DNA of 64,000 nt from Anaerolineales bacterium (GTDB taxonomy: Bacteria; Chloroflexota; Anaerolineae; Anaerolineales; Villigracilaceae), in contig DAOTXP010000014.1 of the NCBI GenBank assembly GCA_034435275.1, positions 300-64,299 of the forward strand. Direction: 5' to 3'. Both the position numbers and the translations under genes were made by a program. The notes under the pieces were generated by a model that was not told the DNA's origin, searched no databases, and saw only the letters and a list, made by a program, of their open reading frames with translations. Within the stretch, counting starts at the first letter, position 1, and each line of letters opens with the position of its first letter. Shown one piece after another: positions 36,845 through 45,712 of the stretch.

Positions 36845-37396
36845 CTATCGCCCAAAAGTGACGTAATACAACGCCGCGCCGATGTGAACGAAGGCCGCTG
36901 CGAACAGCGCCATGCCCAGCGGGATGTGTACAGTGTGCCAGAGTGCCATCAAACGGCGTGCCTGCCTGAGGGCCTCCTGCGGGAGCGTGCCTTCGATCTC
37001 GAGTCCGTCAACAGTGCGCGGGATGCGCGTAAAAATATAGCGGCCGACAAAACCGCTGATCACGATGATGACCGTGAACAGTGTGGTCACCCCGGCCAGC
37101 CCATTGAACTTCCAGGAAGTGTGCAAGAGCACCATGTACGGCCCGACCAGTCCGGTGAAGATGTGAAATTCCAGCCAGGACGACATGCGCCCCCAGCGCG
37201 CACTGCGGCTGCGCTTGCGCAGGCTGTAGAGTGTCTCGGTCATCAGCATCAGGAGGAAGCCGAAGATTCCCAGGCTGTGACCGAAAAAATCACCTGCCGA
37301 GGGAATCCCGCGCGTGAGGATGACAACCCCTGCATAGACTCCCGTAATGAAGATGGCGGCGACGAACGCCAGCCATAATTCCTTGCCTCTCAGCAT
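36845..37396 (-). CDS. Five-TM His-rich membrane protein (possible b-type heme carrier, ferric-reductase-TM/DUF4405-like)
   Basis: Five hydrophobic helices. His residues sit in or near the helices: FGHSL, EFHIF, VLLHTS, WHTVHIP and FVHIG. Confidence 0.55.
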   Translation of the reverse strand: MLRGKELWLAFVAAIFITGVYAGVVILTRGIPSAGDFFGHSLGIFGFLLMLMTETLYSLRKRSRSARWGRMSSWLEFHIFTGLVGPYMVLLHTSWKFNGLAGVTTLFTVIIVISGFVGRYIFTRIPRTVDGLEIEGTLPQEALRQARRLMALWHTVHIPLGMALFAAAFVHIGAALYYVTFGR

Positions 37397-37420
37397 CGCA
37401 ACCTCTCACTAGTATAATTT

Positions 37421-38737
37421 TCAGGCCCGCGCTACCCACCCGCGCCAAAAGTCGGCGAGCAAGTCTGCAATCGGCGCATCGGGCGCGAGTAGTTTTTCGC
37501 GCACCGCGGAAATGTCAGCGCCGCCCGCGATCATCTTCTGCAGGGGTATCGAGAGCGTCTGATCGCCCATGACGACCGCGCCCAGCAGGGACTTCTCGCC
37601 GACGATCAAACGCAGGCGATTGACCTCGAAACCGGTCTGCGCAACAATGGCGTTCGGCAATTGACGCCAGGTCTCGCTGTCGCCGCGGGCAATGCTGACC
37701 AGGTCGTCGTCGCGGCCGCGGCCGACTGTGCCAATGATCGTGGTCGTCAGCCCCGCCAGCCGCGTGACATTGAACGGCACGCCCTTGACGTAGGCCTGCT
37801 TCCGCCCGCACATGTTGAGTCCCGCCGCCCAACCCTGTTCCCGCGCCGGCCCCCAAAGGCTATCCAGGATCGACCTGCCCGAAAGCGGATCGTAGACCTG
37901 CGCCACGTCGCCTGCCGCGAAAATGTCAGGATCGTTCGTCTGCAAATATTCATTAACAAGAACGCCGCGATCCACCGCCAGGCCGGCTCCCTTCGCCAAT
38001 GCCACGCGCGGTTGGATGCCGATGGCATAAGCCAACAGGTCACAATGCAGGGTGCGCCCGTCCAGCAAACGGACACCCGCCACGCGCCCGCGCTTGCCGA
38101 GCACTTCCACCACCTCGGCGTGATGAATCAGTTCCACACCCTCCTCGCACAGACGATGTTCCACGATCTGCGATTCGCTTGCGTCCAGCACATTGCTCCA
38201 GTAACGGCCGCCGCGCAAAAGGTATTGCACTCTGACCCGATGCGCGATCAGGCCCTCGACCAGTTCCAGCGCGGTGATTCCGCCTCCCACCACCGCCGCA
38301 CGGCGGGAACGCTGCGCCAGCATCTCGATTCGACGGGCATCCGCCATGTGATCCAGTTTGACTACGCCCTCCAAGTCTGCACCGGGCACGGTCAACGGAA
38401 CGGCCGAGGCGCCCACCGCCATCAACAGGCGGTCATAGGCCAGGCGATTCTTTTCATCGATCTCCAACTGCCGTTCTTCACGAAGAATCCTGGTCACGCG
38501 TCCCTTCACGTAACGGATCTTCAGCCTCTGGAAATCCTCGGTTGTGAACGGATACAACTGCTTCTCCCCTGCTTCGCCGGTCAAATAATAGGCCAGACCG
38601 GGGCGCGAGTAATATCCGAAGGGATCGTCACTCACCAGAATGATCTCGGCCTCAGCGGGAGAGGGGTGAACCGAGCGAATGGCCTCGATGGCGGCAATCC
38701 CCGCCACGCCGCTGCCGAGGATGACGAAGCGGCTCAT
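37421..38737 (-). CDS. FAD-dependent pyridine nucleotide-disulfide-family oxidoreductase
   Basis: Two Rossmann motifs (ILGSGVAGIAA and VVGGGITALE) and the GD motif (IFAAGDVA). Confidence 0.85.
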   Translation of the reverse strand: MSRFVILGSGVAGIAAIEAIRSVHPSPAEAEIILVSDDPFGYYSRPGLAYYLTGEAGEKQLYPFTTEDFQRLKIRYVKGRVTRILREERQLEIDEKNRLAYDRLLMAVGASAVPLTVPGADLEGVVKLDHMADARRIEMLAQRSRRAAVVGGGITALELVEGLIAHRVRVQYLLRGGRYWSNVLDASESQIVEHRLCEEGVELIHHAEVVEVLGKRGRVAGVRLLDGRTLHCDLLAYAIGIQPRVALAKGAGLAVDRGVLVNEYLQTNDPDIFAAGDVAQVYDPLSGRSILDSLWGPAREQGWAAGLNMCGRKQAYVKGVPFNVTRLAGLTTTIIGTVGRGRDDDLVSIARGDSETWRQLPNAIVAQTGFEVNRLRLIVGEKSLLGAVVMGDQTLSIPLQKMIAGGADISAVREKLLAPDAPIADLLADFWRGWVARA

Positions 38738-39000
38738 TTAACGGCCTCCGCGAACAGGTCGGTGCGCTCGAAACGCAGCACCCCGCGCGGACAGCGCGCC
38801 ACGCACTCACCGCATGTCAAACAGCGGCTGTTATGGATCGGCTCTCCAAGCCAAGCATGGCGGCGCACGTCAATATTGATCGGGCAATTAAAGGAACAAA
38901 TCCCGCATTGCACACAGCGCGCGGGGTCGGGCGTCACCTGACCGCCAATCGAGGCGGCATGGCGGGCGGCCTCGCTGCGAAATAAACTCTTAATGGACAT
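38734..39000 (-). CDS. 2x[4Fe-4S] ferredoxin-domain protein
   Basis: CVQCGICSFNCP and CLTCGECVARCP. The stop overlaps the next start (ATGA). Confidence 0.8.
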   Translation of the reverse strand: MSIKSLFRSEAARHAASIGGQVTPDPARCVQCGICSFNCPINIDVRRHAWLGEPIHNSRCLTCGECVARCPRGVLRFERTDLFAEAVK

Positions 39001-39090
39001 ACGGATGTTATTTTAACAGTCGTCAAACTTCACGGAAAGTTACGTTCCACACCTTTTTGTCACGGCCTTTATGGGCAGCCTCGGCCCAAT

Positions 39091-39124
39091 AAATAAAAAC
39101 AGGGTTGCATTTCTGCAACCCTGT
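39091..39124 (-). terminator. Rho-independent terminator after cspA
   Basis: The minus strand reads acagggttgca-gaaa-tgcaaccctgt followed by ttttatttatt. Confidence 0.65.
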
Positions 39125-39155
39125 CGTTCGCAAAACTCTGCCCGAGGCCTGGGTC

Positions 39156-39368
39156 TTACGAAATCAGGACGACGTTGGCGGCCTGCAAACCCTTCGGCCC
39201 TTCTTCGACCGAAAACTCGACCTTCTGATCGGCCTCCAGTTTGCGGTAGCCATCCATCTGCAGCGCGGTGTAGTGGACGAAAACGTCCTCACCATCTTCG
39301 CGGCCGATGAAGCCGTAGCCCTTCGTGGCGTTGAACCACTTGACGGTGCCAGTGAATCGTTCAGACAT
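39156..39368 (-). CDS. cspA: Cold-shock protein (CspA family)
   Basis: [36 protein letters not shown] contains the RNP1/RNP2 motifs. The ATG at 39368 follows ggagaaag. Confidence 0.92.
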   Translation of the reverse strand: MSERFTGTVKWFNATKGYGFIGREDGEDVFVHYTALQMDGYRKLEADQKVEFSVEEGPKGLQAANVVLIS

Positions 39369-39475
39369 ACTTCTTTCTCCTACTGAGAATAAAAATGTCC
39401 CGCTCGCCACGTACGCTTTCTACGGACGAACGGGCTTGACGACGGGGGCGAGGGTATCACGCCTCACCGGGCATG

Positions 39476-40147
39476 TCAAGACCGATTTTTCATTTCCTTC
39501 AAAATGGACGCATATCGCGAGGTCAAATGGAACCAGGGCGGTGACCCGCGCGTCTTCGCGATTCCCCGGCGGATGACCGCCCGCAGCCCGTCCGGACCCT
39601 CGAACGGAGGCAGCGTTAAAGTGGAGCGTCCCAGCTCGAACGCCGCGTGCGCGTCCGACCCGACCGTGATCGGAATCCCGTGTTCCCGCGCGAACTCCAT
39701 CGCCCGCGCGTTGAAGCGCGGCAGCATACAGCGCGAATTGAAGCCCTCGATGGCATCCACGAGAGGCAGGATTTCGAGCAAATCATCCAGCCGCCAGCCG
39801 CCCTGCCGCCACTCGTCGAACGGATGCGAAACGCTGATGAACGCGCCCTGTCCGCGCAATCGGCGAATGGTCTCTTGAGAGGACAGCCCTGCGGGAATCT
39901 CCTCCGTTACGAACGCGGCCAGGATTTCCCCGCGCGTCGTCATGATCTCCTCTCCCACAATGACGCGCTCGGGGTCCAGCGCCTGCGCCGCCTGAGCGCC
40001 TGCAATTGTGTTGTGATCGGTCACCACCACGCGGTCAATTCCCCCGTGGCGGCAGGCCGCGACGAGGGCATCTGGCGAGGTGAGCGAGTCCTTGGAGGCG
40101 GAGGTGTGGGTGTGGAATTCGACGCGAAAATAATGACGAATGTCCAT
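39476..40147 (-). CDS. PHP (polymerase/histidinol-phosphatase-like) domain metal-dependent phosphoesterase
   Basis: VEFHTHTSASKDS, VVVTDHNTIAGA, ISVSHPF and VGSDAHAA are PHP metal-ligand motifs. Confidence 0.75.
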   Translation of the reverse strand: MDIRHYFRVEFHTHTSASKDSLTSPDALVAACRHGGIDRVVVTDHNTIAGAQAAQALDPERVIVGEEIMTTRGEILAAFVTEEIPAGLSSQETIRRLRGQGAFISVSHPFDEWRQGGWRLDDLLEILPLVDAIEGFNSRCMLPRFNARAMEFAREHGIPITVGSDAHAAFELGRSTLTLPPFEGPDGLRAVIRRGIAKTRGSPPWFHLTSRYASILKEMKNRS

Positions 40148-40268
40148 ATCACCATCGTGTTTACACGAAGTATAATTGCTTGACAAACGAAATCGCCAAA
40201 GTATATACTAAATCCGCTTCGACGAACAGTTCTGGGACGAAAAGGTAACTAAAGGGTCGGTTGTTTTT

Positions 40269-41858
40269 ATGGAAGCGATTGGCGAGATCATTTTCCGGCT
40301 GAATACATTTCTTGACAATTCGTTGCCATGGATGGCAGGCATTGCCCTATCCATCTTCAACGCCTACATGTTCATCAAGTGGATTTGGGATAAAACAAAG
40401 GACCAACAGGCACAGGTATCCACATCGATTCAGGTATCAAGGGCTTTTTACTTGTTAGGCATATCGCTCGGTATTCAGGCATTCGTTATCGCCGCATTAT
40501 ACTATTCGCCAGTGTGGGCGCGATGGTTGGAGATCTTCGGAGCAGCATGTGTCTACATTTATTTTCTCACTCGCAAAGAAAGCGACGCGAGGGGTCTGCA
40601 CACAACCGCCGGGCATCTTTCAATCATCTTCCTCGGCTGGTGGCTTGGGAGTTGGCTGGGCATCATTTTCATTTCAGTGCCAATCTTCGTTGCTTTTTAT
40701 TATTGGCTATATCGGATTGCCTTAGCAATTGTCCCTGCATCCGATCCAGAGAGTTCGACTGAAGCCCTGGCGAGATTCAAAATGCTGGCTTGGTATATGT
40801 GGGGGTTACAATTCCCAGTTTGGGTGGCAAAAGATGATCTGGAACGCGTTGCGGAGGAAAGGATCAAAGGGGACTTGACCAAATCTCTTGGTCAGCCGGG
40901 TATGATCTGGGTCCATTCCAATCAGGCAATCGGTATCACGCGCAGCATCCAGTTTTCACGCGTAGAGGGCCCGGGCATAATATTCACGAAGACTTACGAG
41001 CGCCCCTATCAAGTTATGGATCTGAGAACGCAGATTCGTACAGCCGAGGTACAAGCCATCTCGAAAGATGGGATTCCATACAAAGCAATAGTCCTGATTG
41101 TATTCAACCTGGATAAAGATGCATGGACAGAGGATCAGTACAAAACACTCCGCTTAAAAAATTCGCTGTTGCGGGGCGCCCAATCGCTAGACCGAATCTC
41201 CGGAAGTTATAAGTATTCTCGTTCACGCGTCACTGCAGCCCTAAGCATCGAAGGCATCAAGCATACGAGCGTCGAAGGGGAAGCCCGACCGGTTGTCCAC
41301 TGGGATCACTGGGTGGTCAACACGGTCGCGGAGGCGGCGCGCAACGAGTTGTCGCATCGTCCACTGGATGAATTATGGCGAGCAGCCAACGATGGAAAAG
41401 ATGCAAATGCATCGAACATCATTGCAAACAATATCAAGTCGGCGGTTGCAGGCAGACTCAAGGAAAATGGCATCAACCTCATCGCCGCCCGCATCGTCAA
41501 CTTCAATTTTGAAGACAAGGAGGCCAGTAAAGTTTTACAACAGCAGATCGATACTTGGGAATCTCTACGGAACCAGGAAATTGCGAAAACAAGGACCGAA
41601 GCCGCAGCGACATCGGTTCAAATCAGGCAGGACGCATTTGCCTACGCGCGTTCCAAGCTCCTCTCGTCCATCGCCCAGGGAGTGGAGCAAATGATGGAGA
41701 AACACAAGAACCTTCCAACCAAGTATGTGGTTGCTGTCAGATATCTCACCGCCATCGAAGATTGGATAAGCCAACAGGAAGGGGAGGGCGGAACAAAGAT
41801 ACAGGCCCTCCGCTCGAGGCTTAAGGATTTGAACTTCCCTCAAAGTGGGCAGGTTTAA
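40269..41858 (+). CDS. Multi-TM SPFH (band-7/stomatin-prohibitin) domain protein A
   Basis: Several N-terminal TM helices (about aa 20-165). SPFH core GPGIIFTKTYERPYQVMDLRTQIRTAEVQAISKDGIPYKAIVLIVFNLD. Later segment NGINLIAARIVNFNF. C-terminal charged coiled coil. Confidence 0.75.
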   Translation: MEAIGEIIFRLNTFLDNSLPWMAGIALSIFNAYMFIKWIWDKTKDQQAQVSTSIQVSRAFYLLGISLGIQAFVIAALYYSPVWARWLEIFGAACVYIYFLTRKESDARGLHTTAGHLSIIFLGWWLGSWLGIIFISVPIFVAFYYWLYRIALAIVPASDPESSTEALARFKMLAWYMWGLQFPVWVAKDDLERVAEERIKGDLTKSLGQPGMIWVHSNQAIGITRSIQFSRVEGPGIIFTKTYERPYQVMDLRTQIRTAEVQAISKDGIPYKAIVLIVFNLDKDAWTEDQYKTLRLKNSLLRGAQSLDRISGSYKYSRSRVTAALSIEGIKHTSVEGEARPVVHWDHWVVNTVAEAARNELSHRPLDELWRAANDGKDANASNIIANNIKSAVAGRLKENGINLIAARIVNFNFEDKEASKVLQQQIDTWESLRNQEIAKTRTEAAATSVQIRQDAFAYARSKLLSSIAQGVEQMMEKHKNLPTKYVVAVRYLTAIEDWISQQEGEGGTKIQALRSRLKDLNFPQSGQV

Positions 41859-41861
41859 ACC

Positions 41862-43262
41862 ATGGATCATCCGTCCGAGAAATGGCAAACCCTTTACACC
41901 AGCGAACAGGCGCGCTGGCAGGATGCCCGCCAGATTTTAACGACCCTCTTGCCGTTAATTGCCTTGGCTCTGGCGAGTGTGGTTTCGGCACTCGTGTTTG
42001 TCTCTTCGGATTCGAACCGTTTTATCAATTCATCCAGCACAATCGCCGGGACACTTTCAGCAGGCCTCATGATCCTTATTGTGGTGTTTCCACTAATAGT
42101 GGGTATCGTCGGCATAATTCTGATCTTTCGTATGGCGCACAAATGGTTCAAAGATGCTTATCAGCCGCCAAAGAGTACTAACACGAGGCCCTTAATCCTT
42201 CGTAGGCTCTTTGGTTACCCACCCCTCCCCCCACCATTGGACACCATGATCAAGTATCCATTTGTCATAATCAAAGATGGGGCGTTATTGAAAGACGAAC
42301 AGGCCTGGGTCAAATGGTTGGGCGGTCCAACTTCTTTGGTTATCTCAGATGGGAATGCAGTTTATGTGGAACGTGGTAACCGCTTTTCAAGAGTAATCGG
42401 TCCGGGGTTGGCCTTCCTGGAAAAACACGAAGCAATAAAAGAAATCGTCGACCTTCGGCCACGAGTGCTTACCCGTAAAATAGAGGCATGGACGAAGGAT
42501 GGCATCAAAGTCGAATTTCAAACACTGATCAAATTCCGCATCGGTGCAGTTCAGGGAACAGTGTTCCCACAGGACTTGCCTGATATCGCATCCGGGAAAG
42601 ACGCGAGGACCGCTGGTGAAAATCTACCTCTGTTCCCCTGCGATCCTATCTGTGTAAAAAAGGCAGTGGAATGGGGCAAAGTCGGAAGAGAATTCGTGGA
42701 CGGAAAAGAGAAACTGGCTTTATTGAAGTGGCCGGAGGGTGTATGGGGTAAAGTGCAGGGCAGGCTTGCCAATTATGTATCTACACATCATCTCGATGAA
42801 CTTTTCGTGGCGTCAAAAAACAGTCCGTCGGGGCAAATGCTCTCCAGCCGTGAGCGTGAAATCCTGAGAGCAAGACTTGATCAGGACTTAATGGACGAGG
42901 CTGGGATAACACTGATTGATCTTCAAATAACTGATTTCAAACTTGATCCGAATATCAATGTAAAGCGGGTCGAAAAGTGGACATCGGAATGGAAAGCAAA
43001 AGAGGAAATTCGCAGCGCGAAGGCAGACGCGGAAAAGACCAAGGCAGTGGAAACCGCCCGAGCCGAAGCCCAGCGCGATTTGATTCTACAAATCGCGGAT
43101 GGATTAAGCGTTGCCAATGAAAAGACATTTGCAGATGCCGTTCTCCTCTCCCTTTCAGGTATTCTCGAACAAAGCCTCGGCGATCCTTATGCGCCTGCAT
43201 ATCTTGCTCACGAGACCCTGGAAACCCTTGAAAAAATCCAGGAATTACTCAAGAAACCGTAG
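41862..43262 (+). CDS. Multi-TM SPFH domain protein B (paralog of A)
   Basis: N-terminal TM helices. SPFH core GPGLAFLEKHEAIKEIVDLRPRVLTRKIEAWTKDGIKVEFQTLIKFRIGA. Later segment AGITLIDLQITDFKL. Coiled coil AKEEIRSAKADAEKTKAVETARAEAQRD. Starts 3 nt after A. Confidence 0.7.
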   Translation: MDHPSEKWQTLYTSEQARWQDARQILTTLLPLIALALASVVSALVFVSSDSNRFINSSSTIAGTLSAGLMILIVVFPLIVGIVGIILIFRMAHKWFKDAYQPPKSTNTRPLILRRLFGYPPLPPPLDTMIKYPFVIIKDGALLKDEQAWVKWLGGPTSLVISDGNAVYVERGNRFSRVIGPGLAFLEKHEAIKEIVDLRPRVLTRKIEAWTKDGIKVEFQTLIKFRIGAVQGTVFPQDLPDIASGKDARTAGENLPLFPCDPICVKKAVEWGKVGREFVDGKEKLALLKWPEGVWGKVQGRLANYVSTHHLDELFVASKNSPSGQMLSSREREILRARLDQDLMDEAGITLIDLQITDFKLDPNINVKRVEKWTSEWKAKEEIRSAKADAEKTKAVETARAEAQRDLILQIADGLSVANEKTFADAVLLSLSGILEQSLGDPYAPAYLAHETLETLEKIQELLKKP

Positions 43263-43280
43263 TCCTTTACGGGGAGCCAA

Positions 43281-44348
43281 ATGAATAAAACCTTCGCATA
43301 CATCCTGAACAAGCTCGAGATCAACGACAACATCATTGCGGACCTACGTCATCGTACCATCAGCGTGAGCAGCCTGGAGCAGGCCAGTACAGTTCTCGCG
43401 GAAATTAAGTTCCGCATCGACCTGTGTCTAGAGACTCGTTGTAAAGAGGATAAACCATATTACTTCATGTTTCACGCTTACTGTAATTTATATACAGACA
43501 AGAGAGAGGAAGCAGTCAACGCAACCACGTATGCCATTGACGATTTCCGCGTCTGCGGTCTCTCTTGGAACGAGGTGGTTGGACATTGGTTCCTAGGTTC
43601 GATTTATGCAACTGAAAGCAGGGGTTACCTGTACCTTGCCGAATTGAACTTGGCGCTGGATATCGCGAACCCGCTCTATCAGGAGCTCATAATTCAGGGT
43701 GAATATGAACAAGCCGCAAAATACCAGAAAGTAATTTCAAAGTTAGAAAGCCAAAAACAGACTGCGACAAAAATGGGCACGGGGCCGCTTCGGATGCCGA
43801 CGGAGTCGCTCAAATTCACAGACGATCTTCCCTCAATGGGCTCGGAAGATTATCTGGTCCTGCCCTGGCTCCCCAGCTACAATGCTGTAAAAGCAACACC
43901 AAACGGATTGATCTGGGATCGTCCGGTAAAGGAAATCAGGTCCTCCATCCGCAACATGGAGATCAACAGCAGTCGCTATACGATATATTCACTGCAAAGA
44001 CAGTCGCCCACCGACCATCAGGTGACTTTGGTCGAGCATGAACAATATGGCTGGGCAAAGGTGGAAGGAAAAAGCATGAATGCGTCCCTTCCGACCTCAA
44101 TAAATGAGGGAGACCAAATCCTTTTTCACATCAACATCAAGCCTCGCGATGGGGACATTGTGGTTGCATCAGAACTAATGGCTTCCGGCAACTATGCTTA
44201 TATGGTCAAGAGATACCGCGCCTTGGGCAATGAACTGGTATCGGAGACTAATGACAAGGACCCCGGCCAATCTTACGATCCAATAAAATTGGATGGTCAT
44301 CACCAAATCCTGGGCATCGTCATTGCTGTAGCCAAGCCTGCTAGATAA
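43281..44348 (+). CDS. Helical-repeat N-domain fused to an S24 (LexA/CI/UmuD-type) Ser-Lys peptidase domain
   Basis: The C-terminal part contains WAKVEGKSMNAS, EGDQILF, DGDIVVA, YMVKRY and HQILGIVIAVAK. These follow the GxSM...GD(i)VvA...vKR...G.V layout of S24 peptidases. No HTH is evident in the N-terminal part. Confidence 0.7.
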   Translation: MNKTFAYILNKLEINDNIIADLRHRTISVSSLEQASTVLAEIKFRIDLCLETRCKEDKPYYFMFHAYCNLYTDKREEAVNATTYAIDDFRVCGLSWNEVVGHWFLGSIYATESRGYLYLAELNLALDIANPLYQELIIQGEYEQAAKYQKVISKLESQKQTATKMGTGPLRMPTESLKFTDDLPSMGSEDYLVLPWLPSYNAVKATPNGLIWDRPVKEIRSSIRNMEINSSRYTIYSLQRQSPTDHQVTLVEHEQYGWAKVEGKSMNASLPTSINEGDQILFHINIKPRDGDIVVASELMASGNYAYMVKRYRALGNELVSETNDKDPGQSYDPIKLDGHHQILGIVIAVAKPAR

Positions 44349-44361
44349 CACTGAGAACATC

Positions 44362-45273
44362 ATGTCCAACAAATTTGTCGTCGCACCTACAGTTAAAAAC
44401 ACATCTGTCGCTCTCCTCGCCCTCGAATCGACCGTCATCACGCACGGACTGCCGCGGCCGCAGAACTTGGAACTGGCGCGGGCCATGGAAGCGGAAGTGC
44501 GGCGCGGCGGCGCGACGCCTGCCACCGTCGCGGTCCTGGATGGGAAGATTCGCGTCGGGTTGACGGATGAGGAGTTGGTCCGGCTGGCCGAGGCCGAATC
44601 CCCGCTCAAGATCAGCCGCCGCGACTTCGCCACGGCCATCGCCAAAAAAGCCAGCGGCGGGACGACCGTGGCCGGCACCATGTTCGCCGCGCACCAGGCG
44701 GGCATTCGCGTCTTTGCCACGGGCGGGATCGGCGGTGTTCACAAGGAAAGCCGCTTCGACATTTCCACCGACATGCAGACGCTGGCCGACACGCCCATGA
44801 TCGTGGTCTGCGCGGGGGCCAAATCCATCCTCGACCTGCCTGCCACGCTGGAGACCCTCGAAACACTGAGCGTGCCCGTCGTCGGCTACGGCACGGACGA
44901 GTTCCCCGCCTTCTTCAGCCGTTCGAGCGGACTGCCCGTCAGCGCGCGGCTCGACTCGCCGCAGGAGGTTGCCGCGTTCGCCAAGGCTCATTGGGGCATC
45001 GGCATGAAGTCCGCCGTGCTGGTCTGCCAGCCGATTCCCATGGAGGATGAAATTCCTCTGGAAGAGATCGAACCCATCGAAGAACAGGCCTCGCGCGAAG
45101 CCATCGAAAAGGGAATCACCGGCCAGAGACTCACGCCATTCCTGCTTCAGCGCGTCAACGAATTGACCGCAGGCCGTTCGCTGCACGCCAACCTGGCCCT
45201 CCTGCTCAACAACGCCCGCCTCGCGGCGCAGATCGCCAAAGCCCTGTCTCCGCGCAAGACTCGCGCAGTATAA
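44362..45273 (+). CDS. psuG: Pseudouridine-5'-phosphate glycosidase
   Basis: VALESTVITHGLPRPQNLE, ATVAVLDGKIRVGL and GGIGGVHK are IndA/PsuG motifs. Confidence 0.9.
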   Translation: MSNKFVVAPTVKNTSVALLALESTVITHGLPRPQNLELARAMEAEVRRGGATPATVAVLDGKIRVGLTDEELVRLAEAESPLKISRRDFATAIAKKASGGTTVAGTMFAAHQAGIRVFATGGIGGVHKESRFDISTDMQTLADTPMIVVCAGAKSILDLPATLETLETLSVPVVGYGTDEFPAFFSRSSGLPVSARLDSPQEVAAFAKAHWGIGMKSAVLVCQPIPMEDEIPLEEIEPIEEQASREAIEKGITGQRLTPFLLQRVNELTAGRSLHANLALLLNNARLAAQIAKALSPRKTRAV

Positions 45274-45280
45274 TCGAAGC

Positions 45281-45673
45281 ATGAGCAAAAACGAATTCAC
45301 CCTGTCCATCGTCCTGCACGCCACGCCGCACGAGCTGTACAACGCGTGGCTCTCCAGCGAGGGTCACAGCGCGTTGACCGGCAGCCCGGCCAAAGTCGAG
45401 GGAGGCATCGGCGGGACATTCAGCGCCTGGGACGGTTACATTACCGGCACGACCCTCGAACTGGAACCGTTGCGAATCGTCCAATCCTGGCGCACGACGG
45501 AATTTCCCGAGTCCGCCCCGGACTCGCGGCTGGAACTGCGCTTCGAGGCCGTCGAGGCAGGGACGCGGCTGACGCTGATCCACAGCGAACTCCCCGAAGG
45601 TTCGGCAGAGTCGTACAAGCAGGGCTGGGAAGATTTTTACTTCAAGCCGATGAGGGAATATTTTGGAGGCTAG
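45281..45673 (+). CDS. SRPBCC / Aha1-like domain protein
   Basis: 130 aa. The segments IVQSWRTTEFPE...SRLELRFEAVEAGTRLTLIH fit the AHSA1/SRPBCC pattern. Confidence 0.65.
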   Translation: MSKNEFTLSIVLHATPHELYNAWLSSEGHSALTGSPAKVEGGIGGTFSAWDGYITGTTLELEPLRIVQSWRTTEFPESAPDSRLELRFEAVEAGTRLTLIHSELPEGSAESYKQGWEDFYFKPMREYFGG

Positions 45674-45679
45674 AACGAA

Positions 45680-45712
45680 AGACCTGGTTTCTGCGAGAAA
45701 CCAGGTCTCTTT
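45680..45712. terminator. Hairpin plus T-run between convergent genes
   Basis: agacctggtttc-tgcg-agaaaccaggtct followed by cttttt. Confidence 0.65.

Noticed and set aside
39001-39090. Promoter for the ferredoxin-cytochrome operon.
   Set aside because: Only weak matches are present (TTGACG 5 nt from TAAAAT, which is the wrong spacing). There is no convincing -35/-10 pair.
39369-39480. cspA promoter (TTGACA at 39479-39474 on the minus strand).
   Set aside because: The -35 hexamer is perfect, but the best -10 candidate at 16-nt spacing (ATACCC) is poor and the site overlaps the PHP gene stop. The evidence is too weak to list it as a feature.
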